Shown here: positions 26,002 to 34,382 of the stretch, one piece after another
Numbering within the stretch: the first letter of the stretch is position 1
Layout of the letters: the number at the start of each line of letters is the position of its first letter
From: Candidatus Wildermuthbacteria bacterium RIFCSPHIGHO2_01_FULL_49_22b
GTDB lineage: Bacteria; Patescibacteriota; Minisyncoccia; Minisyncoccales; UBA10102
Reading direction: 5' to 3'
DNA length: 48,342 nt
Assembly (NCBI GenBank): GCA_001823165.1
Contig: MHTT01000008.1
Coordinates: forward strand, 1 to 48,342
Position numbers and translations under genes: made by a program
The notes under the pieces: model-generated
Told to the model about the DNA's origin: nothing
The model's database searches: none
Seen by the model: the letters and a program-made list of their open reading frames with translations, nothing else

Positions 26002-26169
26002 GTGACGGGCCCGCTTGACGGCTCTTGCAATGCGGCGCTGGTGGGTGGAACACAGCCCTGTTTTTCTTTTTGGGCGTATCTTTCCAAGCCCTGAAATGTA
26101 GTTTCGCAAAAGAAAGGTTTCCTTAAAATCAATGTCCTTGATGTTTTTTTTGCACAAATAGCACTCCAT
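25972..26169 (-). CDS. rpsR: 30S ribosomal protein S18
   Basis: 65 aa: [48 protein letters not shown]. Convergent 30-nt overlap with the recA 3' end. Confidence 0.9.
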   Translation of the reverse strand: MECYLCKKNIKDIDFKETFLLRNYISGLGKIRPKRKTGLCSTHQRRIARAVKRARHLGLLSASQK

Positions 26170-26292
26170 AGATTTTACTGCGTAAAAGAAATTACAAATT
26201 CAAAGCACCAAATTCCAAACGCTTTTGGTTTGTGATTTGTGGTTTTGGTCATTGTAATTTGTTTGTAGTTTGGAATTTGTAATTTGTGATTT
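26170..26292 (-). repeat. Family F intercistronic element (ssb-rpsR spacer)
   Basis: The reverse complement is colinear with the groES-groEL spacer. It has a CA-rich tract (aaatcacaaa...), then gcgtttggaatttggtgct(t/g)tgaatttgtaatttcttttacg(c/a)agtaaaa directly before the ATG. Inverted termini are aaattacaaattc.../...tttggaatttgtaattt. Confidence 0.8.
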
Positions 26293-27182
<890 letters not shown>

Positions 27183-27290
27183 AAAGTCAGGGTATCACAG
27201 AGGGGTCTTTGGGTCAAGCTTCCCCGCAAACTAAGCTTAATTTTAGCATACCCAGCATCACTTTTTTTGGAAAGCGGCGCTGGGTATGGT

Positions 27291-28088
27291 ATGATGGGGG
27301 ATATGAAAAATATCAAAGACATCACAGAACAAGAGTTGGGGGCGCTTCGGGTTATTACTTTTGATATTGACGGCGTTATCATTCCTACTGGCACCCAGCT
27401 TCAGGAAAACGCGGATGGGACGGAGCTACACATGAAATCAAAACAGCTCTCAAGGCAGTTTGTCGAGAACTTAAAAGAGCTGAAAAAGCATCTCAAGTTA
27501 AACTTCTCCTCTGGCAGGAATATTCTGTATCTTAAAAGTTTGGTGAATGAAATTTTTGATGAGGATATATTTTTGCAGGCAGAGAACGGCAATATCAGCT
27601 GGTTTGAGGGAAAGCTCACCCATTCCAGCCATTCTGCAGATTACTTCCAGAAGCTGAAAATCATCCGGGAGCGGATAAAAGGGATGATTGCTGGGGGAGA
27701 CAAAAGAATCAGGGGCTTTGAGCCCAAGATGTTCATTCTTACCTCTCATTCTGACCAGATGGAAGACATACCGAATCTGGTACAGGAGGTGGATCCCGAA
27801 GGAGAATTATACTGCCTGTGGACGAATGAAGGTTATGATATAGGGAGTAAAAGCATGAGTAAGGGAAAGGGTATTAAAAAACTTGCGCGGCATCTCGGCA
27901 TTAACCCTAAAGAGATTATGACTACAGGGAATAATTATAACGATGCTGAAATGCTGAAGGTGGGCACGGGAGTCACGGTGGAACCTGTCAGGGTGGAGGC
28001 GCAATATTTTATTGAACACCAACCAGATGAACTCGGTGGAGAGTTGCTTGCCGAATTTCTCCTGGACTATTATAGGAAACGCGCTTGA
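27291..28088 (+). CDS. HAD-superfamily (Cof/SPP-like, type IIB) phosphatase
   Basis: ITFDIDGVIIP (DxD motif), SGRN, and KGKGIKKLARHLGI...TTGNNYNDAEML. The 5' part of the 420-aa track ORF (26826-27290) is antisense to rpsF and was discarded. Confidence 0.75.
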   Translation: MMGDMKNIKDITEQELGALRVITFDIDGVIIPTGTQLQENADGTELHMKSKQLSRQFVENLKELKKHLKLNFSSGRNILYLKSLVNEIFDEDIFLQAENGNISWFEGKLTHSSHSADYFQKLKIIRERIKGMIAGGDKRIRGFEPKMFILTSHSDQMEDIPNLVQEVDPEGELYCLWTNEGYDIGSKSMSKGKGIKKLARHLGINPKEIMTTGNNYNDAEMLKVGTGVTVEPVRVEAQYFIEHQPDELGGELLAEFLLDYYRKRA

Positions 28089-28101
28089 GGCCTTGACCAT
28101 C

Positions 28102-28137
28102 ATAACACTAATTTGACGGTCGTCTCTCTAATGTTAT
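28102..28137. repeat. Left ~35-bp terminal inverted repeat flanking the PaaX/Cas2-like gene
   Basis: ataacactaatttGACGGTCGTCTCTctaatgttat. Its reverse complement aligns with 28704-28738 (13-bp perfect core plus the outer ataaca/tgttat arms). Confidence 0.8.
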
Positions 28138-28146
28138 TTTGGGGAT

Positions 28147-28707
28147 ATGCGCTTGATGAGACAAAATTCTCTTCCGTACAAAATTCTTAGCCACCTAGAA
28201 GATATCGGAGAAGATATGCTTGATTTTATCGTGAACCCTCCAAAAACCATGTATCAAGCTGTGAAAAGATTGGATCGGGAACAGCGCAAGCAAAGGATAC
28301 AATATGCATTGTTTCGATTATGGAAACGAGGGTTAATAGAGAGTACTATGCGCAATAATAAAAAATATATTGCGATTAGTAAAAAAGGAAGAATTCAAAT
28401 TGCCCGATATGTTATAGAAAAAAAGAAAAAGATGCCTTGGGACGGAAAATGGCGCATTGTGATTTTTGATATCCGGGAGGCAGCAAGAAGAGATAGAAAT
28501 TTTTTTCGGCGACAGCTTCAATGGTTTAGTTTTATAGAATTGCAAAAAAGTGTATGGGTTATTCCTTGGGATGTGACGAAGGAATTCCGCGATTTTCTTT
28601 CTGCATGCAAAGCTGAATTAACAGGCGATATGCGTTTTCTTGTTGTGGAGAAGATTGATACTGATTACGATTTAAAAAAACGTTTTGGTTTGGTTGAAAC
28701 AAAATAA
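28147..28707 (+). CDS. PaaX-family-like regulator (wHTH plus Cas2-like ferredoxin-fold segment)
   Basis: 186 aa. WDGKWRIVIFDIREAARRDRNFFRRQLQWFSFIELQKSVWVIPWD matches the PaaX/Cas2-type motif (W.G.W..v.fdIpe..R..R...r..L...gF..lq.SvWv.P). The N-terminal part looks wHTH-like. Confidence 0.6.
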   Translation: MRLMRQNSLPYKILSHLEDIGEDMLDFIVNPPKTMYQAVKRLDREQRKQRIQYALFRLWKRGLIESTMRNNKKYIAISKKGRIQIARYVIEKKKKMPWDGKWRIVIFDIREAARRDRNFFRRQLQWFSFIELQKSVWVIPWDVTKEFRDFLSACKAELTGDMRFLVVEKIDTDYDLKKRFGLVETK

Positions 28708-28738
28708 CACAAAAGAGACGACCGTCGCATTAATGTTA
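28704..28738. repeat. Right ~35-bp terminal inverted repeat flanking the PaaX/Cas2-like gene
   Basis: ataacacaaaAGAGACGACCGTCgcattaatgtta. It overlaps the TAA of the PaaX-like gene (28705-28707) and the TAA of the convergent trpS (28736-28738). Confidence 0.8.
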
Positions 28739-29719
28739 AGATTGGAGGAGGCCGATTTTTTCCCGGACGTCTTGCATGGTGGCTTTTGCAATGGAGGAAG
28801 CCCGGTTTTGTCCCTGGCGCAGGATTTCTTTTACGTACAGCTCCCGCGAATCCAGCTCCCTTTTCTTTTTCCTGAGAGGTTCCAATTTTTGAGTGAGCAG
28901 GGCGGCAAGGGATTTCTTTAAAAAGGCGTAGTCCTTTTTCTGGAACTTCTTTTCCGCCTTCTGCATGGGTTCTTTTGAGAATAAAGAATAGATGGTGAGA
29001 AGGTTGGAAATGCCGGGCTTTTTCTTTTCGTCAAACTTTATCTCTTTGCCCGTATCCGTGGTTGCCGCCATGATTTTCTTTTTCATGCTCTCTGGCTCCT
29101 CAAAAATGCCAAGATAGGAGTCGGGTTTGTCTGACTTGGACATCTTCTTTCTTGGCTCTTTCAACGACATGATTCTTGCTCCTTCCTTTTTGAGAATGGT
29201 CTTTGGCTCAACAAATGTTTCCCCGAATCTTGAATTGAACTTTTTAGCCAGAGTTCTTGTGAGCTCCAGATGCTGGGCCTGGTCTTGCCCGACCGGGACC
29301 GCCTGGGTCTTGTACAAGAGGATGTCTGAAGCCATAAGCACGGGGTAGTTGAAGAGTCCCGCGAAGACCTCCGTCTTTTGCTTTTTTGCCTTGTCTTTGA
29401 ACTGCGTCATTCGCTCCAGTTCCCCCAGGGGAGTCATGGTATTGAGAATCCAGGCAAGTTCGGTGTGTTCTGGCACTTGAGATTGTACGAACAAGGCGCA
29501 TTTCTCGGGGCTAATGCCCGTGGCCAGGAGTTCAATGACCTTGTTTCTTGTCGCTAGCTCCAGCTCTTTTGGGTTCTGGGGAACGGTAATGGCGTGCAAG
29601 TCAACCACGCAAAAGAAGCATTCGTGCTGTTTTTGCAACTCTAACCACTGGGAGACAGCTCCCAGGTAGTTTCCAATGTGCATTGGGCCTGTTGGTTGAA
29701 TCCCGCTGAATATACGCAT
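28736..29719 (-). CDS. trpS: Tryptophan--tRNA ligase
   Basis: SGIQPTGPMHIGNYLGA (HIGH-type) and KMSKS. Class Ic size of 327 aa. Confidence 0.95.
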   Translation of the reverse strand: MRIFSGIQPTGPMHIGNYLGAVSQWLELQKQHECFFCVVDLHAITVPQNPKELELATRNKVIELLATGISPEKCALFVQSQVPEHTELAWILNTMTPLGELERMTQFKDKAKKQKTEVFAGLFNYPVLMASDILLYKTQAVPVGQDQAQHLELTRTLAKKFNSRFGETFVEPKTILKKEGARIMSLKEPRKKMSKSDKPDSYLGIFEEPESMKKKIMAATTDTGKEIKFDEKKKPGISNLLTIYSLFSKEPMQKAEKKFQKKDYAFLKKSLAALLTQKLEPLRKKKRELDSRELYVKEILRQGQNRASSIAKATMQDVREKIGLLQS

Positions 29720-29788
29720 ACGCTTAGTGTAAATCTAAATCTTGAAAATACAACGTCTTTGCCCACGCCCGTTCGCCCATGCCCGCGG

Positions 29789-31471
29789 TTATACCTCAAT
29801 AATCACGGGGAGCACCATGGGGCGTCTGTTGGTTTTCTTTTGCAGGAAATCCGACACCTCCTTTTTCACCTGGTCTCTCACATATACCCAGTTCACGGCC
29901 CCTCCGGTTCCAGAGGCCCTGTCTACGATTCCCACCACCCTTCTTCTCACGTCTCGCAAAAGGTCTTTTGATTCCCGCAGGTAAATGAATCCCCTGGAGA
30001 TGATGTCCGGGGAGCCCCGCACGGTTCCTTTTTGGCGGTCCACCACGGCGATAATCACGAACATGCCGTCTTTGGCCAGGTTCTGGCGATCCCGGAGCAC
30101 AATTTCTCCCACGTCTCCCACGCCCAGACCGTCCACCATGATAAGGTTTGAGGGAACGGTCTTTTTATCAATGGACACCTGGTTTTTCGTGAGGTTTATG
30201 ATGTTTCCGTTTTCCGGGATGACAATGTTTTTTTCCGCAACACCCTCTTTTTGCGCCAGGTCCGCATGGGCATACATCATGGAAAACTGGCCGTGAATTG
30301 GCATGAAAAACTTGGGTTTCAGGTATGAGATGAGCTCTTTGAGCTCGTCTTCGTTGGCGTGTCCTGAAGCATGAATGTCCATCATTTTGTAGTGAAAGAC
30401 CAAGGCGCCCTGGCGGTAGAGATGGTCCTTCACAAACTGCACGGTCCGTTCGTTTCCCGGAATAACCGAAGAAGAGAAGATAACAGAATCCCCCCTCTGA
30501 ATGCGCAGGGTCTTGTGCTCTTTGTTGATGATGCGCATTAAGACCGCATTTTCTTCCCCCTGGGCGCCCGTGGCAAGAATGGTCACCTTATGGTCGGGGT
30601 ATTTTAACACCTCGCTGGTGGAGAGCAGGGTGCCCTTCTTTGCTTTTATGTACCCCAGCTGCTTTGCGATTTCCACGTTGGTTTTCATGGAGTATCCTTC
30701 AATGGCGACTCTCCTGCCGTGCTTTTCAGACAGGGTGATAATTTGCTGGATGCGGTTCAAAAGGGAACCGAAGGTTGCCGTGATAATCCTGCCCTGGGCC
30801 TGTTTGAAGATTTCATCCAGGTTCTCCATGATTACTTTTTCAGACAGAGAGTGGTTGGGCTGTTCGGCGTTCGTGGAATCGGACATTAAGAGGAGTACGC
30901 CTTCTTTGCCGAATCTCTTTAACCTCTCATAGTCGGTCGGAGGGTCATTGACGGGGGAGTCGTCGAACTTGAAGTCCGATGTGTGAAGGATTTTTCCCAC
31001 CGAGGTTTCAATGACGAACCCAAAGTTGTCATTGATGTTGTGGTTCTGGCGGAAGGGCTCTATGGAGAAAGGACCTATGCGCAGCAGCTTGCCGTCTTCA
31101 ATTGGGGCTATCTTGAGCTTGGGCTGACGCTGAAAGTCCTCCTGGCGTTTTAAGATGATGCCTTTGGAAAGAGGCGAGGCCCACAGGGGAGGACTGCCGA
31201 GTTTTCCCACCAGGTACGGGATTGCCCCCACGTGGTCTAAGTGTCCGTGGGTGATGAGAATACCCGCGATGTCCCGCTCTCTTCCCTTTAGGAAAGTGAT
31301 GTTGGGGATGATGTAGTCAATGCCGGGCATGTCTTCTTCTGGCATGCGAAGGCCCATGTCAACAATCAAAAGTTTGCCCTGGTCTTCAATGACGAGCATG
31401 TTTTTGCCAACCTCACCTAATCCCCCCAAGGGGATTATCTTAACTGTTTGTTGAGTACGTTGTTGGGGCAT
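29789..31471 (-). CDS. rnj: Ribonuclease J
   Basis: Metallo-beta-lactamase HGHLDHVGA, beta-CASP region and C-terminal domain, 560 aa. The N-terminus VKIIPLGGLGEVGKNM is typical of RNase J. Confidence 0.92.
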   Translation of the reverse strand: MPQQRTQQTVKIIPLGGLGEVGKNMLVIEDQGKLLIVDMGLRMPEEDMPGIDYIIPNITFLKGRERDIAGILITHGHLDHVGAIPYLVGKLGSPPLWASPLSKGIILKRQEDFQRQPKLKIAPIEDGKLLRIGPFSIEPFRQNHNINDNFGFVIETSVGKILHTSDFKFDDSPVNDPPTDYERLKRFGKEGVLLLMSDSTNAEQPNHSLSEKVIMENLDEIFKQAQGRIITATFGSLLNRIQQIITLSEKHGRRVAIEGYSMKTNVEIAKQLGYIKAKKGTLLSTSEVLKYPDHKVTILATGAQGEENAVLMRIINKEHKTLRIQRGDSVIFSSSVIPGNERTVQFVKDHLYRQGALVFHYKMMDIHASGHANEDELKELISYLKPKFFMPIHGQFSMMYAHADLAQKEGVAEKNIVIPENGNIINLTKNQVSIDKKTVPSNLIMVDGLGVGDVGEIVLRDRQNLAKDGMFVIIAVVDRQKGTVRGSPDIISRGFIYLRESKDLLRDVRRRVVGIVDRASGTGGAVNWVYVRDQVKKEVSDFLQKKTNRRPMVLPVIIEV

Positions 31472-31669
31472 ATATTATGTTGAATGTGTGATACAATTAG
31501 TATACGGGGCGATTAACCAGGGCATGCATTACGTGTATTCCCGCCAGAACTCCGCTTTTGCGGGGTTTTTGTTTTTTCATGATTATTTTTTGATGCCTGG
31601 GGCGAGACCCGGGGAGTGATAAACACTCCCCGCCCCGTGTTCATCACGGGGCGAACTCGCTTGTGCTTG

Positions 31670-31753
31670 TGTCGGAGGAGGGACTCGAACCCTCATGGGT
31701 GTTACCCCACATGGTCCTGAACCATGCGCGTCTACCGGTTCCGCCACCCCGAC
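31670..31753 (-). tRNA. tRNA-Leu(CAG), class II with a long variable arm. CCA is not encoded.
   Basis: The reverse complement folds as GUCGGGG UG GCGGAACCGGUAGACGC G CAUGG UUCAGGA CCAUG UGGGGUAACACCCAU GAGGG UUCGAGU CCCUC CUCCGAC A. Confidence 0.9.
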
Positions 31754-31756
31754 AAT

Positions 31757-33763
31757 TCATCGCGCCCACACCCTTTTTGTCTTTATATACCACTCCGCGA
31801 TTCCAGAAAACCTTTGGGAGGGCTCGGGCAGGAGCTGTTCTTTCACGCCTTTAACTTCCTTTGAAACGATATACTGAAAGGGAAGATCGTAGAGGGCAAG
31901 GGCGGGAAGGTCTGAAAGCAGGAGTTCCTGGAGCTGAAGCAGAAGAGCTCCCCGATTCTCCTTGTCAAAGCTTCTGCGAATCTGTTCTAAGAGCGCGTCT
32001 GCCTTGCTGTTGTCGTATCCGGTGAGATTGAGCCCGGGGTCCTTGACCTGCGAGGAATGCCAGAAGGGAAGAGGGTCTGGAACCTTGCTTAAAATCTCTC
32101 CAAACAAGAGTATTTCAAAGTTTCTTGGTTTTAGCACATCTCGCTCCAATTCACCAGGGGTCAAAAGGACAAGCTCGGTGGCAATGCCAAGCTCCTGCCA
32201 CGAGAAAGCAACAAAGGAAGCCGCATCTTTTAAGGGGGACTGGTTGAGCGTGGTGAGCTTGAGGGTGAGGGGAGTTGCCTCTTGCGGGACAGAGCAGACC
32301 TCCTTGAGTTTCGCCCTTGTTGAGGGGCCCGCGGTTCCCGTTCCCTTCTTGAGCCCCGAGGGATTGAGCACGTCTTTCGCGTATTTTTCCTGAAAGGCAA
32401 TGACTGCTTGCTGGGTTACGGGACCAAATATGCCGTTCACGGTTCCTTGGGGGTATACCTCTTTGTCTTTCGCTAGGCATTCTTGCAGGGCAATGACACT
32501 GGGTCCTTGGTTTCCCCGGCGGAGATCTGCTGAAAAGTCGTCCGACAAGACAATCTTCGCCAGATTCCCGGAATCTGTCCGTTCGTATCCTCCTTTTGAA
32601 AGCAGCGAGAGGGCCAGTTCAACGTCTTTGCGCTGTACAGGAGGGTTCTCAAACGAAAACAGGTCCGGACGCAGCGGGGAAGACAGGAGTATCGCGTTTC
32701 CTCCAAACACGCTTTTGTTCAGCTCCTCTTGGTCAATTGCCAGAGCAAGGGCTTTTCGCACGGAGTATTCTGCAACCGGGGAATTCGCCTCAAGATTAAA
32801 AAACAAAGAGTAGGAGCGCGGCAGAGAGAACGCGTACAGCTGGAGCGCGGGATTGCGCAGCCTGGAGGGGGCGGGGTCGGCCAAAGAGAAACTCTGCAGC
32901 TTGCCCTCGTTAGCTTCGCGGAGGAGGTCGGCCTCCGTTTCAAAGAATTTGAACACCAGGGTTGAAATGAAGGGGCCTTCCAAATGGTAGCGCGTATTGG
33001 CCTGAAGCCGCATTTCTTTCACCGTTCCTGACTTGTCGCGTTTTACGTCCGAGAGGCGGTAGGGCCCGGTTCCCACGGGCTGCAGGTTATACAGAGAAAG
33101 GGCAAAGTTTTCAGGGCTGATTTCTTCCCAGAGGTGCCGGGGCAGAATGTTTAGAGTCAGGCGGTCAGGGAAGCCGGCAAAGGGATCTTTAAGAACAAAC
33201 CTCACCTTGAGAGGGGAAAGCTTTTCTACGCTTACCCCCACCCAGTTTGCCCGCACCGGCGACTTGTACCTGGGGTCTTGCGCGGTCTGCACGGTAAAGA
33301 GAACGTCGTCTGCGGAAAATGCGTAGCCGTCGTGCCACCTTACGCCGTCTTTGAGGTTGACCTCAAATATCTTCCCGCCCTCCAGGACGCTGTAGCTTTC
33401 GGCCAGGTCGGGCGCCAGGTTGCCTTGGCTGTCGTAACGCAAGAGCCCTGAAAAAACGAGCTCCGTAAGGCTCCGGTCAATGTCGTTTACCTCAGCATAC
33501 ACCGGATTGAGAAAACGGGGACTGCCCACCACGCCTTCCACCAGAGTCCCTCCTTGAGTTGGGACTTGCACGGTGGAGGTGATGTAAGCCCTGGAGGTCA
33601 GGAAAACGAAGGAACCCGCAAAGAGCAGGGAAAGCGCGACAAGCGCCTTTTTTTCTTTTGGGGAGAGAACGCGCGGGAACTTTGTCCATTGATTAAAGGA
33701 AGGAAAGCTGGTTTTCCGCGTGAAATTGGCGAACTGTTCAAAATAAGGGAGTTTTTGAAACAT
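31757..33763 (-). CDS. Family-5 (peptide/nickel type) ABC substrate-binding protein with an N-terminal TM anchor and an embedded PG_binding_1-like module. No ABC partner genes are adjacent.
   Basis: SBP_bac_5-like blocks (GGTLVEGVVGSPRFLNP, WHDGYAFSADDVLFT, GTGPYRL). An inserted segment GNQGPSVIALQECLAKDKEVYPQGTVNGIFGPVTQQAVIAFQEKY (~32293-32545) matches the peptidoglycan-binding domain pattern. Confidence 0.8.
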   Translation of the reverse strand: MFQKLPYFEQFANFTRKTSFPSFNQWTKFPRVLSPKEKKALVALSLLFAGSFVFLTSRAYITSTVQVPTQGGTLVEGVVGSPRFLNPVYAEVNDIDRSLTELVFSGLLRYDSQGNLAPDLAESYSVLEGGKIFEVNLKDGVRWHDGYAFSADDVLFTVQTAQDPRYKSPVRANWVGVSVEKLSPLKVRFVLKDPFAGFPDRLTLNILPRHLWEEISPENFALSLYNLQPVGTGPYRLSDVKRDKSGTVKEMRLQANTRYHLEGPFISTLVFKFFETEADLLREANEGKLQSFSLADPAPSRLRNPALQLYAFSLPRSYSLFFNLEANSPVAEYSVRKALALAIDQEELNKSVFGGNAILLSSPLRPDLFSFENPPVQRKDVELALSLLSKGGYERTDSGNLAKIVLSDDFSADLRRGNQGPSVIALQECLAKDKEVYPQGTVNGIFGPVTQQAVIAFQEKYAKDVLNPSGLKKGTGTAGPSTRAKLKEVCSVPQEATPLTLKLTTLNQSPLKDAASFVAFSWQELGIATELVLLTPGELERDVLKPRNFEILLFGEILSKVPDPLPFWHSSQVKDPGLNLTGYDNSKADALLEQIRRSFDKENRGALLLQLQELLLSDLPALALYDLPFQYIVSKEVKGVKEQLLPEPSQRFSGIAEWYIKTKRVWAR

Positions 33764-33818
33764 TTCCTAATTTTGAGCAAGGTGAGAAATCAAGGTTTTT
33801 GAGCGAAGCGAAGGGTTC

Positions 33819-34034
33819 TCATGCCACGAGATTGGCAAGGGCAAGAAGCACGAAAAGAGTGCCCAGGACAACGCTTGCCCAGTAGAGTTTTCGCTGGAGG
33901 CCCCTTCTTGCCGCGTAAAATCCTCCGCCTTCACCCCCGAAGGCGCCGCCCAGGCCTCCTCCTCTTTGCTGGAGAAGAATGGCTGCAACCAAGAGGACTG
34001 CGATTGCTATCTGCGCTAGGGAAAGGTAGGACAT
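33819..34034 (-). CDS. secG: Preprotein translocase subunit SecG
   Basis: 71 aa, two TM helices, LLQQRGGGLGGAFGG glycine-rich loop. Confidence 0.8.
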   Translation of the reverse strand: MSYLSLAQIAIAVLLVAAILLQQRGGGLGGAFGGEGGGFYAARRGLQRKLYWASVVLGTLFVLLALANLVA

Positions 34035-34040
34035 GCAAGA

Positions 34041-34382
34041 TTAGATCTTGCCTTTGCTAAACAGGGAAAGCACGATAAGCACTGCTGCGACCGCAAACCC
34101 CGTCAGCGCAAGAGACGTGAGGTTGGGAATGGTGAGCTCGGGAAAGAATATGTCCAGCGCCCATACGGCGGAAAAAACCAGGGCCAAGAGAACCGCGAGC
34201 TTCACAATCAAGGAAAAAAGATTCAGTAAGGGGCGCGCCACAGCCAGAATGATACCAAGAATGAGCCCCGCAATCAAGAAGTTTTTCAGCTCCCCCGTAA
34301 AATCCACTCCCGGCACGAACTCTGTTGCAATCCAAAGGCCGGCCAATCCCGCGAGCAGAGAGAGAACAATGGTATGAAGCAT
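34041..34382 (-). CDS. Four-TM membrane protein, DUF360/phage-holin-4-like family
   Basis: 113 aa and entirely hydrophobic helices. Its start overlaps the uvrC stop (TAATG), implying translational coupling. Confidence 0.6.
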   Translation of the reverse strand: MLHTIVLSLLAGLAGLWIATEFVPGVDFTGELKNFLIAGLILGIILAVARPLLNLFSLIVKLAVLLALVFSAVWALDIFFPELTIPNLTSLALTGFAVAAVLIVLSLFSKGKI

